Part shown: one piece after another, positions 1 through 11,015 of the stretch
Layout of the letters: each line of letters opens with the position of its first letter
Position numbering within the stretch: the stretch's first letter is position 1
Origin: a plasmid
Sequence record: NZ_CP037472.2
Reading direction: 5' to 3' (one strand)
Length of the DNA: 64,000 bases
Program-made: the position numbers and the translations under genes
Notes under the pieces: model-generated
Seen by the model: only the letters and a program-made list of their open reading frames with translations
Told to the model about the DNA's origin: nothing
Database searches by the model: none

Positions 1-1887
1 AGTTAAATATAAAATAGTATATATCTTAATAAAAAAAGTTATTGTATTATATTTATTCAACCCTTTCTCTTATTTGTTAATTTATCCTATATTCATTCAA
101 TTATTCAATATATCAATCACTTATTCTAAATCAGATCTATTAACATCAACAAACCTTTTAAATAATCAAAATATAGCATCTTTATCTACACCTTTGTTCT
201 ATAAGCACTTATATATTTTTAGAGATAAAAGCAAAACATTTTTTTCTCGTTGATTTGAAAGATCAGCAAATAATACCTTTCACTATCAAAGAATGCATTT
301 TCTTATTATTCTTTCCGATTTTTTTCTACTACAACACACTGATTTAAGCTATTTCTTTAAAAATTTATATTATTGTAAGATACTAATTATCAAAAATAAT
401 AGATTAAAAATAACACTCTATTTTAGATTCATATAATTTATAAATTACCTCTACTAATAAATGAAAAAAACATTTTCAATTGTACTATCGATCCGTTATG
501 TACTATAGACTTTTAATAAAAATAAAGAGATTCAATAACACAACTCCTAAAAATCAGAAAACATATAATTATGTTTTTGTAACACATCCCCCACTGTAAT
601 TTTTGAATAAATTTCTTTATCAAAAGCATTCAAATACGCCTCACTAAAAATAATTATTTACATCATCTATCATTTTTTTAATTCACCAAAAAATCGTCTT
701 GCCACCTTTATTTACTAAATTTAAAATTGCAAGTTCTTTACAACTTACAGATATCTAACAATCTCTATTTATATATTTAAAGCCATTACATTTATCAACA
801 ATTAACTTAATTTTGCCCTTTTCTTTAATGGCTTTCATAGCATTTTTTCAACTTTTTTAAGTTCATTCATTCCAATTTTAGTTATCCGATCTCAAACTCA
901 TCATCAATATAAGTCTGAGCACAACTAACTTTTAGAAATTAGGCTCATTTATTGTCTTGTCTTTTACAAGTATTTAGTAACTTGAGATAATTAAATAAAA
1001 GTGAAAATTAATTTGTCATCTGTTCCTCCAATTTTTGCAATCCTATTAAGCTTATTATTTGAATTTTTTGGGATATCTAAAGGTCCCCAACTTACTTAGA
1101 TTAAGAACTACCAACAATATCAGTTACAAAAATTTAACCATTACCAGTAAAAAATTAAGATTTAACACTAGATGAATTTTGACTTATAACTCTAGTATCC
1201 CCCCCCCACCCACTTTAATCATGATTTAAAGCATTGCCAACTATATAGATATACAAACACAATGAAAAAACATACTTAAAAAGATTAAAAATTACATGTA
1301 ATAGCAAATTTAAAGATTTATATGAGTTTCTTCTAATACATCATAATGAAATAGGATCTATTACAAATCCAATGATAAGCATAAAAACTATTAGATAACT
1401 TAAGTAAGTGTAATTTATCTAGAAGAACTAAAAACCATTCAATAGTAAGAAATATAATAAAAAACGCAAATAAGATATCGATTTATAGTTTTAATAATTT
1501 CTTGACACGCGACTATAAGTAAAAACCTGCAAGCAAATCAAATCAGACAACTTACTAAATGCGTTACAAAAATTATAACAATCAAGAGATAAAACTTGAT
1601 TAGATATTGACAAAAAAACAGATCTAAATGAAAGGAAAAACTTTGCTTGAAAAATACGAAAATGAGTACACATAAAAACAAAAAAAAGCGTTGAAAGGTA
1701 TAATGGAAAATTGTAATCCATCAAGGGAGCATAGTTTTAAATGTAATTATAATACTTACATTTAAAAAATAATGTAATAAAAATCTTAAAACCACAAGAT
1801 CTGGACTTTCACAATATATTTTGATATTATTAAAATGTACTGTACATATTTTAATAATCAGTATTAATTCAAAATAAAGGATAAAAG

Positions 1888-2055
1888 ATGAAAAAATACA
1901 TATTTCTACTCATAATGCTAATATTTTCATGTAAAACACCAGATGAAAATACCAACACAAATGATTCACACAAAACTACTTATTATAGCGATGAACAGAA
2001 AGAAACGTATGGTAATCAACTAAAAGACAATAAAAATGAAGAAACAACGTGGTAA
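1888..2055 (+). CDS. small putative lipoprotein (55 aa), below the ORF-track size cutoff
   Basis: ATG ORF MKKYIFLLIMLIFSCKTPDENTNTNDSHKTTYYSDEQKETYGNQLKDNKNEETTW. Hydrophobic signal peptide plus lipobox-like LIFSC. Purine-rich aaagg sits 6 nt upstream. Confidence 0.3.
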   Translation: MKKYIFLLIMLIFSCKTPDENTNTNDSHKTTYYSDEQKETYGNQLKDNKNEETTW

Positions 2056-2818
2056 TTTACATGAAAATCAACAATTAAAATCACAAATCTGTAAGCCATA
2101 AGAACTTTCAGGAAAGGTTTACGACTATAAAATCTTTTAAAAAAGATTTATATGTTTTCTTTCAATATTATATATTGATGCCACTAGTTGCTTTCTAGTG
2201 GCAAATTTACTTTTTAAAAACTCTCTATATCTCTAACAGACTAGTCAGCAAATTTTCACCACTGTAAAATAAAACTTTACTATCAATAATTAATTTAAAG
2301 CTCTATATTGATCTTAAATCTTAAACTTTATTTATAATTAATAGAATAAAATATTAAAATTAAGAGTCATACATAAAATAAAAGTTCAAATATATTACAT
2401 TTATAATCTCTTAAAAGCCAATTCTAAATTAAATAATAAAATTTAAAAAACTATTTATTTTTATCCTTTTATTATTGCAGTTCATTAATTAAACATGTAT
2501 AATATAGAAATGTAATGATATATGGTTATAAAGGTTAAAGAATTATAAAGTGTATAAAATAATATTATTATCATTTATTTTCTTAAGGTTCTTGTGGGTT
2601 GCCTGTATTAGTTTCATTAATGCTAAAAATAAATCCCATCAAAAGCCTATATTTAATCAAGGCAAAAAATTAAGGTTAAGTTTAATATTAGAAGAAAAAA
2701 AATGGTTTTATTATTCAGATCTAACTTGCTTTAAAATATTTTGTTAATTGAAAATAATAAAAATAGATTTTATTTAAAAATTACCAACGAATCTCATTTT
2801 TATATTCTTCTCACCTTG

Positions 2819-2850
2819 GAGACTCTTTAGCTTTAAAGAGTCTCTTTTTT
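2819..2850 (+). terminator. rho-independent terminator
   Basis: gagactcttta/taaagagtctc 11-bp perfect stem, loop gct, followed by tttttt. Confidence 0.55.
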
Positions 2851-3184
2851 AATACAAATCAAACTCATTAAAATGATTTGAACAAAAGCAAAAAATATTA
2901 TAGAGTATTATACTCAAATCTATAAACTTAAAAAGTCAAAACAATTTAAGAATGAAAATCAATCATAAAAATATATTGATTTAAATAAATTCATTCTATA
3001 TTAATACTAAGTCAGATAAATACTCAAAACCACAAAAGATGATATTATAAGATTAATGGTTAATTAAATCTCTTTTTTGAACTAATTCTAGATCTAAAAT
3101 TATATTATTCTAAATTTTTGCTAAAATTGTATATTATTTTTGTTAAATATGCTAAAATTAATTTAATTCTTAAGGCAGTTAAAA

Positions 3185-3514
3185 ATGGATATTAAAATAG
3201 ATAATGAATTTAATGTAATTTTTGATAATGATTTAAAAATAGTAGATGGAGTTGAAGAGCAAAAACAAAAGTTATTTTTATACCTAAAAACACCAATTGG
3301 TGGTCTTTATAATAAAAATTATGGTCTTAACTTCAAGTTTCTCCTAAAACTCTTAAAAACACACAAAAAAGAAGATATTAAAACTTTCTTTGCAAACAAT
3401 TTAAGAAATCTAAATATCAACATATTAAATATCAGCACAAGACATGAAAATAAAAAAATAATACTACAGTTTTTCTTAGCTGGAGATACTTTAAGTATGG
3501 AATACAAATTATGA
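3185..3514 (+). CDS. hypothetical protein, first gene of a 4-gene operon with overlapping or abutting stops and starts
   Basis: 109-aa ORF. Its stop overlaps the next start (3511-3514). Confidence 0.5.
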   Translation: MDIKIDNEFNVIFDNDLKIVDGVEEQKQKLFLYLKTPIGGLYNKNYGLNFKFLLKLLKTHKKEDIKTFFANNLRNLNINILNISTRHENKKIILQFFLAGDTLSMEYKL

Positions 3515-4374
3515 AAATACTATTTGATAAAGAAATTGGAATTCTTACAAAATCAATAGAAGATATACAAAATCTAAAAAAAGAAATCCTTAAAAAAGAA
3601 TATAATATTTCTATAAAAGAAAACTCAATATTTGATATCATAAATTACCCAAGCTCTGCAATCGATCTGGAAATAATCCAAACTTTAAATGAACTATTTT
3701 TGACACTTAAAGAAGAGGGAGCATATTTTAAAAAGTTACAAAAATCTCTAAGCATACCTATAAGTTCAACTCATGAAGCAATCAAACAATCACTCTTAGC
3801 AATTCCAAATGTAAATCATGCAAATATAATAAGCTCAGCAGGAAAAATTGCAATTCATTTAATAATTGATCCCAATTACATCCAAGATGGAATCATTCAC
3901 AACGAAATAAAGATGAATATTGGGAACGCAATATATCACACTGTTGCAAGCGGCACAGCATTTGAAGGAAATATAAATCTTGAATTTTTAAATCATGCAG
4001 AACAAAAAAAGAAATATAAATTTAGTTTAGGAGTAATTAAGCACGCATATCTCAAAGTATTATATCAAACCGAAACAGAGACAATATACAAAGAAATAGA
4101 CAACCAAATAAGAGAAATTTACAAAAAAATCATTCAAAATAAATATCAAGACATGGGCATTGCTTTCAGACATCAAGATTTTTTAAGCCCTGTAAGTCTA
4201 ATTAGAGAACTTAAAAGTATACGAGTTGGTATTTATGTAAAAGAAAAACTAGATAATACTAAAATAACAAACATTAAAGAACACGAATTTAAATTCAATA
4301 CCGATCTTGAAATCAATGAAAATGAAATCATATTTTTTGATGAAAATTTAAGACTCATAATTGACAGAGAATAA
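3511..4374 (+). CDS. hypothetical protein (phage/plasmid-like, unknown function)
   Basis: 287-aa ORF, translationally coupled to its neighbours. Confidence 0.6.
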   Translation: MKILFDKEIGILTKSIEDIQNLKKEILKKEYNISIKENSIFDIINYPSSAIDLEIIQTLNELFLTLKEEGAYFKKLQKSLSIPISSTHEAIKQSLLAIPNVNHANIISSAGKIAIHLIIDPNYIQDGIIHNEIKMNIGNAIYHTVASGTAFEGNINLEFLNHAEQKKKYKFSLGVIKHAYLKVLYQTETETIYKEIDNQIREIYKKIIQNKYQDMGIAFRHQDFLSPVSLIRELKSIRVGIYVKEKLDNTKITNIKEHEFKFNTDLEINENEIIFFDENLRLIIDRE

Positions 4375-4376
4375 AT

Positions 4377-4964
4377 ATGGAAAAAATACCACAATTTTTA
4401 GAAAATACTCAGATTGCAAAGATCATACAAAGCGAACTTAACTTTAAAAAACAACTACTAGAGGAGCTTAAAGAATTACTAAGTAATTTTGCTACAATTA
4501 ATGTAAAAGAAAGTATTAATTCAAAATATATTGCATTAATAATGCTATCACTATTTAACTCATTTCACCCCAAAAAAGGACTTAAACAAGATATCATAAA
4601 TTCGCTTAAAGCATCGATATTTGCAATAAAATCAATAGGCACAGACGAAAGCTTTCACTTACTCTTTAAAGCTTTTTTTCATGCAAGAATTAAAATAAAA
4701 GTTAACCCAATAACACCTGGAGAAATTATTATTAAATTACTTGATAATATCAGAGCACCAATTAAATTCAAAATAGCTGGAAAAATTAATGGAAAATTAA
4801 AAGTTATTAAAGTTAAGCATAAAGGAAAATGGAAAAAACTTGTATCTAACTACATTCCAAAGAACTTTAAAAATTCAATTTATGGATTCATTAAATCCTT
4901 AATGCCTGCCGGAAGAACCATTAAAATTTTTGACATCCATACACAAAAAAGTAAAACAACATAA
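4377..4964 (+). CDS. hypothetical protein
   Basis: 195-aa ORF, starts 3 nt after the previous stop. Lys-rich C-terminus. Confidence 0.6.
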   Translation: MEKIPQFLENTQIAKIIQSELNFKKQLLEELKELLSNFATINVKESINSKYIALIMLSLFNSFHPKKGLKQDIINSLKASIFAIKSIGTDESFHLLFKAFFHARIKIKVNPITPGEIIIKLLDNIRAPIKFKIAGKINGKLKVIKVKHKGKWKKLVSNYIPKNFKNSIYGFIKSLMPAGRTIKIFDIHTQKSKTT

Positions 4965-4993
4965 ATTAATATTCTTTAAAATAAGGAGATTAT

Positions 4994-6115
4994 ATGGACC
5001 ATCAAAATGAAGAAAGCATACAAATAAAAGATTTTAACAGAAAAATTAGAGTCAATGAAAATGATCTATTTCCCATTGATGATATTGTTGAGGAAACCTA
5101 TGCAATTACATACAAAAATTTACTTGAACAAATCAAACAAGATACACTCAGCGAAGGATTAGAAGATTTTAAAAAGACCATAAGAAACGTAATATCTAAA
5201 GAGTTACTTGAACACGAAGTTTATGTAGAGCAGATGTATTTAAAAATAATATCTAAGCTAATAGACGTAAGAATAGAATCAAGCAGTACTAGTTTTCACT
5301 TTCTATTCAAAAAAATTAAGAATGCCTTAATAGAGAGCATAAATCAGTCTGGAAATAAGAATATACAAACAAACAAAATATCTACCTACAATACACTCAA
5401 ACGAGATTTTGAATTAGTTGACTTATACGCCTTAATTGACAATTTAAAAGAAACTTTTACAGTTAAAGAAAGAACATCAAAATTACAAGAATATACAGAT
5501 GAAAATTTTGAAAAACAAGGGGAAATCCTCCAAAAACTAGAAGATAACATAGATAAACAATATGTGAGCAAAAAAGAACTTCCCAATGAATTAAATACCG
5601 CAATGAATTCAATTGAAACACACTATACCGAAAACAAAAACCTACAATTTATTGCATTTAATAATGAAAAACAAACATTGTACAAATTGCCAGGCCATAA
5701 CTACTTAAGAGGAGTTCCCGATGATTTTCAATGTCCGGACCTAAAACCTGCTCAAGACAAGAGCTATTTCTCCTACTCCGAATTTAGTAAAACGGGCTTT
5801 ATGATATCCATTACTAAATATCATAAAGTAGAATTAGGATTTCCAAAAAGCCTTATAGGCTCATACATCTACCTTAATATATACATCCATCTCGACAAAA
5901 AAGAAGATACTAATACTAATAACAATATAACAAAACAGGTGAACATCAGATTTTCAGAAAATAATCATCCATCACAATACTTTACCATATTCTATTATAG
6001 CGGTAAAGAACATAATAGAACAACAAAGCTTCTTGAAGGGTGGTATCAAATAAAGAGGGCTATTGCATCAGCGAGCACTCCGAATCCAGATTTTCCACAA
6101 CTTCTTAAAATGTAG
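4994..6115 (+). CDS. hypothetical protein
   Basis: 373-aa ORF. RBS aaggaga sits 7 nt upstream of the ATG. Confidence 0.6.
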   Translation: MDHQNEESIQIKDFNRKIRVNENDLFPIDDIVEETYAITYKNLLEQIKQDTLSEGLEDFKKTIRNVISKELLEHEVYVEQMYLKIISKLIDVRIESSSTSFHFLFKKIKNALIESINQSGNKNIQTNKISTYNTLKRDFELVDLYALIDNLKETFTVKERTSKLQEYTDENFEKQGEILQKLEDNIDKQYVSKKELPNELNTAMNSIETHYTENKNLQFIAFNNEKQTLYKLPGHNYLRGVPDDFQCPDLKPAQDKSYFSYSEFSKTGFMISITKYHKVELGFPKSLIGSYIYLNIYIHLDKKEDTNTNNNITKQVNIRFSENNHPSQYFTIFYYSGKEHNRTTKLLEGWYQIKRAIASASTPNPDFPQLLKM

Positions 6116-6247
6116 TCAACTTAAAACGTATTTGTTCTAAAATGAACTCGTATACATTTATTTTTTGTTAAATTTATGTTAAAATAATGTATAACAAAAT
6201 TAAATATTTTATCGTTTTATAAACAAAACATCTAACACATATTTAAA

Positions 6248-6439
6248 ATGGAGGATAATATGACCAGGTTATTTAACTTTTTATCAAATATCGATGAGAC
6301 AAAGCTTATGATCACTGGGGGAATTGCTATATTTACATTAATTACATTTATTCCCTTAACAATAATTTTAAGTCCCATTATAAAAGACACAACTAAAACA
6401 ATAAAGTATTTAATACTTAAAATTATTAATAAAAATTAA
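6248..6439 (+). CDS. small single-TM membrane protein, holin-like (BlyA-sized)
   Basis: 63 aa with one hydrophobic helix ITGGIAIFTLITFIPLTIILSPII and a charged C-terminus. RBS ggagga upstream. The size and topology are those of class-III holins such as cp32 BlyA. Confidence 0.4.
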   Translation: MEDNMTRLFNFLSNIDETKLMITGGIAIFTLITFIPLTIILSPIIKDTTKTIKYLILKIINKN

Positions 6440-6464
6440 AAAATTAAAATTTAAGGAAAAATAT

Positions 6465-6839
6465 ATGTTAAACAAACACAATACCGATTTAGGAATAATC
6501 TTTCTTCAAAATCTAATGGAATTTTTTGGATATAGCGAAACTCAAGAAAACGAAACTTTTGAGATAGGCATAAAAAAAGCTATTGATCTTTACAAATATA
6601 TGAATGCTCTTTATCTAAGTTCAATTCAAAATATGGAAAAAAACGAATGTAGAAAAATCATATTCGAACTTGAAACCATACTTAATAAGATTATAAATCT
6701 TATCAATGCTATTAAAAATGAATCTGAACCTAATTTAATAGAAGAACTACGACTTGAACGCAATAATCTTATGGAAACTAAAACCAAACTTTTTAAAGAA
6801 GAATTAGCAAAATTAAACAAAAAAGGTATTATAAAATGA
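6465..6839 (+). CDS. hypothetical soluble protein (BlyB-sized partner of the holin-like ORF)
   Basis: 124-aa ORF immediately downstream of the holin-like ORF. RBS aaggaaaaa. Stop overlaps the next start. Confidence 0.5.
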   Translation: MLNKHNTDLGIIFLQNLMEFFGYSETQENETFEIGIKKAIDLYKYMNALYLSSIQNMEKNECRKIIFELETILNKIINLINAIKNESEPNLIEELRLERNNLMETKTKLFKEELAKLNKKGIIK

Positions 6840-7204
6840 AAAAAAAATTAACTCAAAGATTACTATTTCTATTTCAACTTATTATGCTACTTCATTGCTC
6901 ATCTATAGCTTCATTACCACAAGAGCCTGAACCACCTACTGAACATACACTTAAGAACTTAAGCATATATGAATCAGAACTTGCAAGTTATATCTTATAT
7001 CTAGAAACATTTTTAATCAGGACCAATAGAAAATTTGGAGATTCAAATTTTCCTAAGTTTACGCTATTTGATACCAACATTCTTCAGACAACTCAAACAC
7101 TAGATGCAATTAAAGCAAATATAAAACACTTTAAACATTATATAAATGTCACAAAACCCATAGCTATTTTTGTATATAATAAATATAGTAAATTTAAAAA
7201 GTAA
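6836..7204 (+). CDS. putative lipoprotein
   Basis: MKKKLTQRLLFLFQLIMLLHCSS. Signal peptide plus lipobox LLHC. Confidence 0.5.
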   Translation: MKKKLTQRLLFLFQLIMLLHCSSIASLPQEPEPPTEHTLKNLSIYESELASYILYLETFLIRTNRKFGDSNFPKFTLFDTNILQTTQTLDAIKANIKHFKHYINVTKPIAIFVYNKYSKFKK

Positions 7205-7238
7205 ATTTAAAAATAATAAACATTTCTTGTCTCTCAAA

Positions 7239-7267
7239 AAAAGTCCCTATTTGGGACTTTTCATTTT
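7239..7267 (+). terminator. rho-independent terminator
   Basis: aaaagtccc/gggactttt 9-bp perfect stem, loop tattt, then a T-rich tail. Lies 35 nt after the 6836..7204 stop. Confidence 0.6.
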
Positions 7268-7508
7268 AAGTTTTTGATACCTTTTAAATAAAATCCTTTT
7301 AAGGAAAGCTCTCAATAAACTAAAACAAAAATATTATAATTAAATATAATAACATGACTTGCCCTAATAAGGCTCGTCCATTTATTTTAAATAAAAATTA
7401 ACAGTACTTACTTACTCTCAACATAAGTCATTTACATTTTATGATATAGCAAAAACATAACTTTGTAAAGTATTTTGTAAAAAAATCAAATATAAGAAAA
7501 AATAAAAC

Positions 7509-7544
7509 AAATATTGAAATAAATTAATATTTATTTCAATATTT
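7509..7544. promoter_or_regulatory. 16-bp perfect inverted repeat with 4-nt spacer, ~80 bp upstream of the PF-57 gene
   Basis: aaatattgaaataaat-taat-atttatttcaatattt, verified by reverse complementing the right arm. Confidence 0.35.
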
Positions 7545-7625
7545 GCTAAAACAAGTATTTACTTTTAAAGTAAATTGTATTATTAATTAAGTTAGACTTA
7601 TAAATACTTATATTAGGAGTAAACA

Positions 7626-8732
7626 GTGAAAATCACTAAAAGTATAAAGGGTAAAACCAACAGATATCAATACAACTTAATTGTACTTATATCCACGCTT
7701 AATTTTATGAACTTAAAATTAAAGAAATATACACAAAATAACATTTTATATTTTTTCAATGGCAACTTAAAAAGAAACAAACAAAAGACAGTCAAAATTA
7801 AAACACTACAGAACTATTTATATGAACTTGAGAAAAAGTTTAGCATTACACACAACTACTGCAAACACTTAGGAAAAAAATGTGGAAGTGAAGTTTATTA
7901 TACTTTGCAATATTCCAAGAAAGAATGTCACAAAAAAATCAACTCACATTTCAAGAATATCAAGATAGAAAAAACAAACAAATTTAAAGAAAGAGTTAAG
8001 ACTCATAGTAAAGAAAATGGGAGTCCAAAATGGGAGTGTATTAATAATATTAATAATAAAAGAGAGAGAGATATATTAATAAAATATATTGACAAATGTA
8101 ATTTCAGAATTGACCTTCCTTTAGATTTATTAAGCTTAAGAATAGACAAGACAGAAAAAATAGAACTTATAAAAGAGATAAAAAGATATGAAAAAACCAT
8201 AAAATTACTCTCTGATAAAGATTTAAACCTAATGAGAAGAGAACTTAAGCAAAGTAGTAAAAATGGAAGCATAAAAAACTTTTTAGAAAGTAAAGGCTAT
8301 TTAGATAAACAGACTCAAAACAGCAAACAAAACATTAAATTAATAAAGCTTAAAGAAACACTGGACATTACAGAAGCAGAACTTAAAAAGCAAAATTATG
8401 ATGAGGATGTATTAAAAAAAGAGATTAAAAAAATATACGAGATTTACAAAGAAAAGCCTCATTTTATAACAGAACGAGACAAGTATAAAGATTTAGATAT
8501 ACTAATAAGAAAAATAAAAGTTAATACAAATCTTTGCAAAGAACAAGAAAGAGAAAAAAGCGATATAAAAAATAATATTTTTAGTATATTATTAGAACAG
8601 TTAAGGCACAAGATAGATATTAGCATATTAATACCGGCCTTAAAGAATTTTATCAACGCTAAAGATGAGTTAAGGTATAGTAAAGTTGTTGATAATACAT
8701 ATTATTATGAATTGCTCAAGACTATAGAATAA
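7626..8732 (+). CDS. Borrelia plasmid replication/partition protein, PF-57/62 family
   Basis: 368 aa. N-terminal pattern NRYQYNLIVLISTLNFMN...ILYFFNGNLKRNKQ...TLQNYLYELEKKF...HNYCKHLGKKCGSEVYYTLQYSKKECHKKINSHF is typical of PF-57/62. GTG start. Confidence 0.75.
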   Translation: MKITKSIKGKTNRYQYNLIVLISTLNFMNLKLKKYTQNNILYFFNGNLKRNKQKTVKIKTLQNYLYELEKKFSITHNYCKHLGKKCGSEVYYTLQYSKKECHKKINSHFKNIKIEKTNKFKERVKTHSKENGSPKWECINNINNKRERDILIKYIDKCNFRIDLPLDLLSLRIDKTEKIELIKEIKRYEKTIKLLSDKDLNLMRRELKQSSKNGSIKNFLESKGYLDKQTQNSKQNIKLIKLKETLDITEAELKKQNYDEDVLKKEIKKIYEIYKEKPHFITERDKYKDLDILIRKIKVNTNLCKEQEREKSDIKNNIFSILLEQLRHKIDISILIPALKNFINAKDELRYSKVVDNTYYYELLKTIE

Positions 8733-8763
8733 ATCATTATTAATTAACTAAGGAAAAGGAAGG

Positions 8764-9330
8764 ATGGTGGCTTTACTAGAATTATTGAAGCAAAAGAAAA
8801 AGGAATTATACCCTAGAAATCAGAGAAAGGAAAAAAATAATATTTTTTCTAAAGTGGAAGAGGTTAATAACCGCAAGATATATCATACTAAGATATTTAA
8901 TGATTTTTATACTTTTGGGATAAGTAAAAATGAACCAACAAAATTTTTCATATCTCTTAGAGGGATTTTTAATATAGAAGATATAAGTATGTTTCACTTA
9001 TTTTCTTTAAGAGGCGATGATATTTTTTTAGGTATTTATTATGGGATTAAGAAGTTAGACAAGGCATTTTTAGTGAGAAATTTTAATAAAAGAGAGACCT
9101 ATACTCTTAGAAAATGTGAGTATATAGAATTTAGATTTAAGAAAGGAGGGGTTTTTTGTTATTTAAGTGGGCTTCATAATTTGTTAAAAAAAAATAAGGT
9201 TGAAAGTTCTTATTATCAAACTTTATTGAATATACTCCTAGAATTAGAAAGGGAGCTTTATGCATTTTATGGGAAACAATTGCCGGAAGGGGGTATTATT
9301 CCGAAATGGATACAAAAGAGACAAAAGTGA
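8764..9330 (+). CDS. Borrelia plasmid maintenance protein, PF-50 family
   Basis: 188 aa. Sits in the canonical position between PF-57 and PF-32. Lys-rich N-terminus. Confidence 0.7.
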   Translation: MVALLELLKQKKKELYPRNQRKEKNNIFSKVEEVNNRKIYHTKIFNDFYTFGISKNEPTKFFISLRGIFNIEDISMFHLFSLRGDDIFLGIYYGIKKLDKAFLVRNFNKRETYTLRKCEYIEFRFKKGGVFCYLSGLHNLLKKNKVESSYYQTLLNILLELERELYAFYGKQLPEGGIIPKWIQKRQK

Positions 9331-10061
9331 TTACTGTTGCATCAATAAAGGGTGGAGTAGGTAAAAGTACTACAAGTTTAATATTTGCGTCACTTTTATC
9401 GCAATCGTTCAAAGTATTAATTATCGATATAGATACACAAGCATCAACTACTAGTTATTATTTTAAGGTAATAAAGGAAAGAGGGTTGGACTTATTCAAT
9501 AATAATATATATGAAGTTTTAATATCAAATTTGCATATTGATAATTCTGTTGTAAGTATTAACAATAATCTAGATCTAATCCCAAGTTATTTAACTTTGC
9601 ACAAATTTAATTCAGAAGCAATTCCATATAAAGAATTTAGACTAAAAGAGCAGTTAAAATTGTTAAGCTTTAAGTATGATTATGTAATACTTGATACTAA
9701 TCCTAGTTTAGACTTTACTTTAACGAATGCTTTGGTATGTAGTGATTATATTATAGTTCCAATCACGGCAGAAAAATGGGCCGTTGAGAGTTTGGATTTA
9801 TTTAATTTTTTCATAGACAAGTTATCTATAAGGGCTCCTATTTATTTAATTAATACTAAGTTTAAAAGAAATAATACACATAAAGAATTACTAAACATTT
9901 TAAAAGAAAATGATAATTTTTTAGGTACAATATCTGAGAGAGAAGATTTAAACAGAAAAATAGCCAAAAATGATGTTTTTGATTTAAATAAAGATTATAT
10001 AAAGGAGTATCAAAATACACTTTTGACCTTGATGAAGAAGATCAAAGGCGTTATGGCTTAA
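9306..10061 (+). CDS. parA: ParA-type partition ATPase, PF-32 family
   Basis: Deviant Walker A KVITVASIKGGVGKSTTS. 251 aa. Overlaps the PF-50 stop. Confidence 0.9.
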   Translation: MDTKETKVITVASIKGGVGKSTTSLIFASLLSQSFKVLIIDIDTQASTTSYYFKVIKERGLDLFNNNIYEVLISNLHIDNSVVSINNNLDLIPSYLTLHKFNSEAIPYKEFRLKEQLKLLSFKYDYVILDTNPSLDFTLTNALVCSDYIIVPITAEKWAVESLDLFNFFIDKLSIRAPIYLINTKFKRNNTHKELLNILKENDNFLGTISEREDLNRKIAKNDVFDLNKDYIKEYQNTLLTLMKKIKGVMA

Positions 10062-10116
10062 GCTTGAACTAAACTTATGTACACTTAGTGTACGTACAGC
10101 AAAAGGAGGGTTAAAA

Positions 10117-10662
10117 ATGGGAGTAGAGGTTAATAAAAGGAATTTAGCTAAAGAAGTTACACCTGAAGAAAGAATATCTATTCACTATAATAAGCTTAAG
10201 GAAAAATTAAAAATTAATTTTCAAAAAGAAATTTTTTGTAAAATTGAGGCAATGAAGGTTTTAAAAGAGATTAAGGATAAAGAATACTATAAGCTTGATA
10301 ATTATGCTAGTTTTGATGATTTTGCTAAGGATTATAGACTTGCAAGAACTCAAACATATAAATATTTAAAGATAGCAACTGCAATTGAGGAAGGAATTGT
10401 AGAGGAAAAGTATGTTATTAACAATGGTATTAATAACACTATGTTTTTGATAAGAAATAAAGAAGGTGTTAGTATAAAGAAGTCCAAGCAAAATCCTTTG
10501 AGGCCTCTGAGATTTCAGCTTAAATGTCCTGATGCTTATGCATTTTATAAGCGAAATGCTAAGCTTACTAGCTTTCTTTTAGAGAAAGTTTTTTTAGATG
10601 AAAAAGAATTTTTATCTAAAATAATAAATCAATTTGATTCTTTAAAGAAGGTTAAAAAATAG
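10117..10662 (+). CDS. Borrelia plasmid partition/replication protein, PF-49 family (ParB-like)
   Basis: 181 aa. Sits in the canonical position after PF-32. RBS aaaggaggg. Confidence 0.7.
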   Translation: MGVEVNKRNLAKEVTPEERISIHYNKLKEKLKINFQKEIFCKIEAMKVLKEIKDKEYYKLDNYASFDDFAKDYRLARTQTYKYLKIATAIEEGIVEEKYVINNGINNTMFLIRNKEGVSIKKSKQNPLRPLRFQLKCPDAYAFYKRNAKLTSFLLEKVFLDEKEFLSKIINQFDSLKKVKK

Positions 10663-11015
10663 AATACTAGAATTATGGTGTTGGATTTATTTCTAAAAAT
10701 TTTTCAAAAATTAGTGGTATGAGTAGGACAAAGGTTTTAGAAATAGACCTAATAATTAATATCAAAATTTTTAACATTTTATTTGTATGAGTATAGTTTT
10801 ATTATTTATTTAATAATAATTTGGTATTTAATAATTTTTTCTAGATAAGAAATTTAGATGAATAAAGGTTAAGTTTCAAGATAACTTTTTTTGATTTTAA
10901 AAAAATTAAAAAAATATTGAAAAAAATTTGCAAAATGTTTGAAATTGTTATATATTATAATAAGTACAGATTGACATGCAATGTGTCACTCTTAATATAA
11001 GGACCTGTTACCTTA

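Noticed and set aside
1491-1724. 77-aa minus-strand ORF in the decayed 5' region.
   Set aside because: It has no RBS, an odd composition and no partner genes. It is probably spurious.
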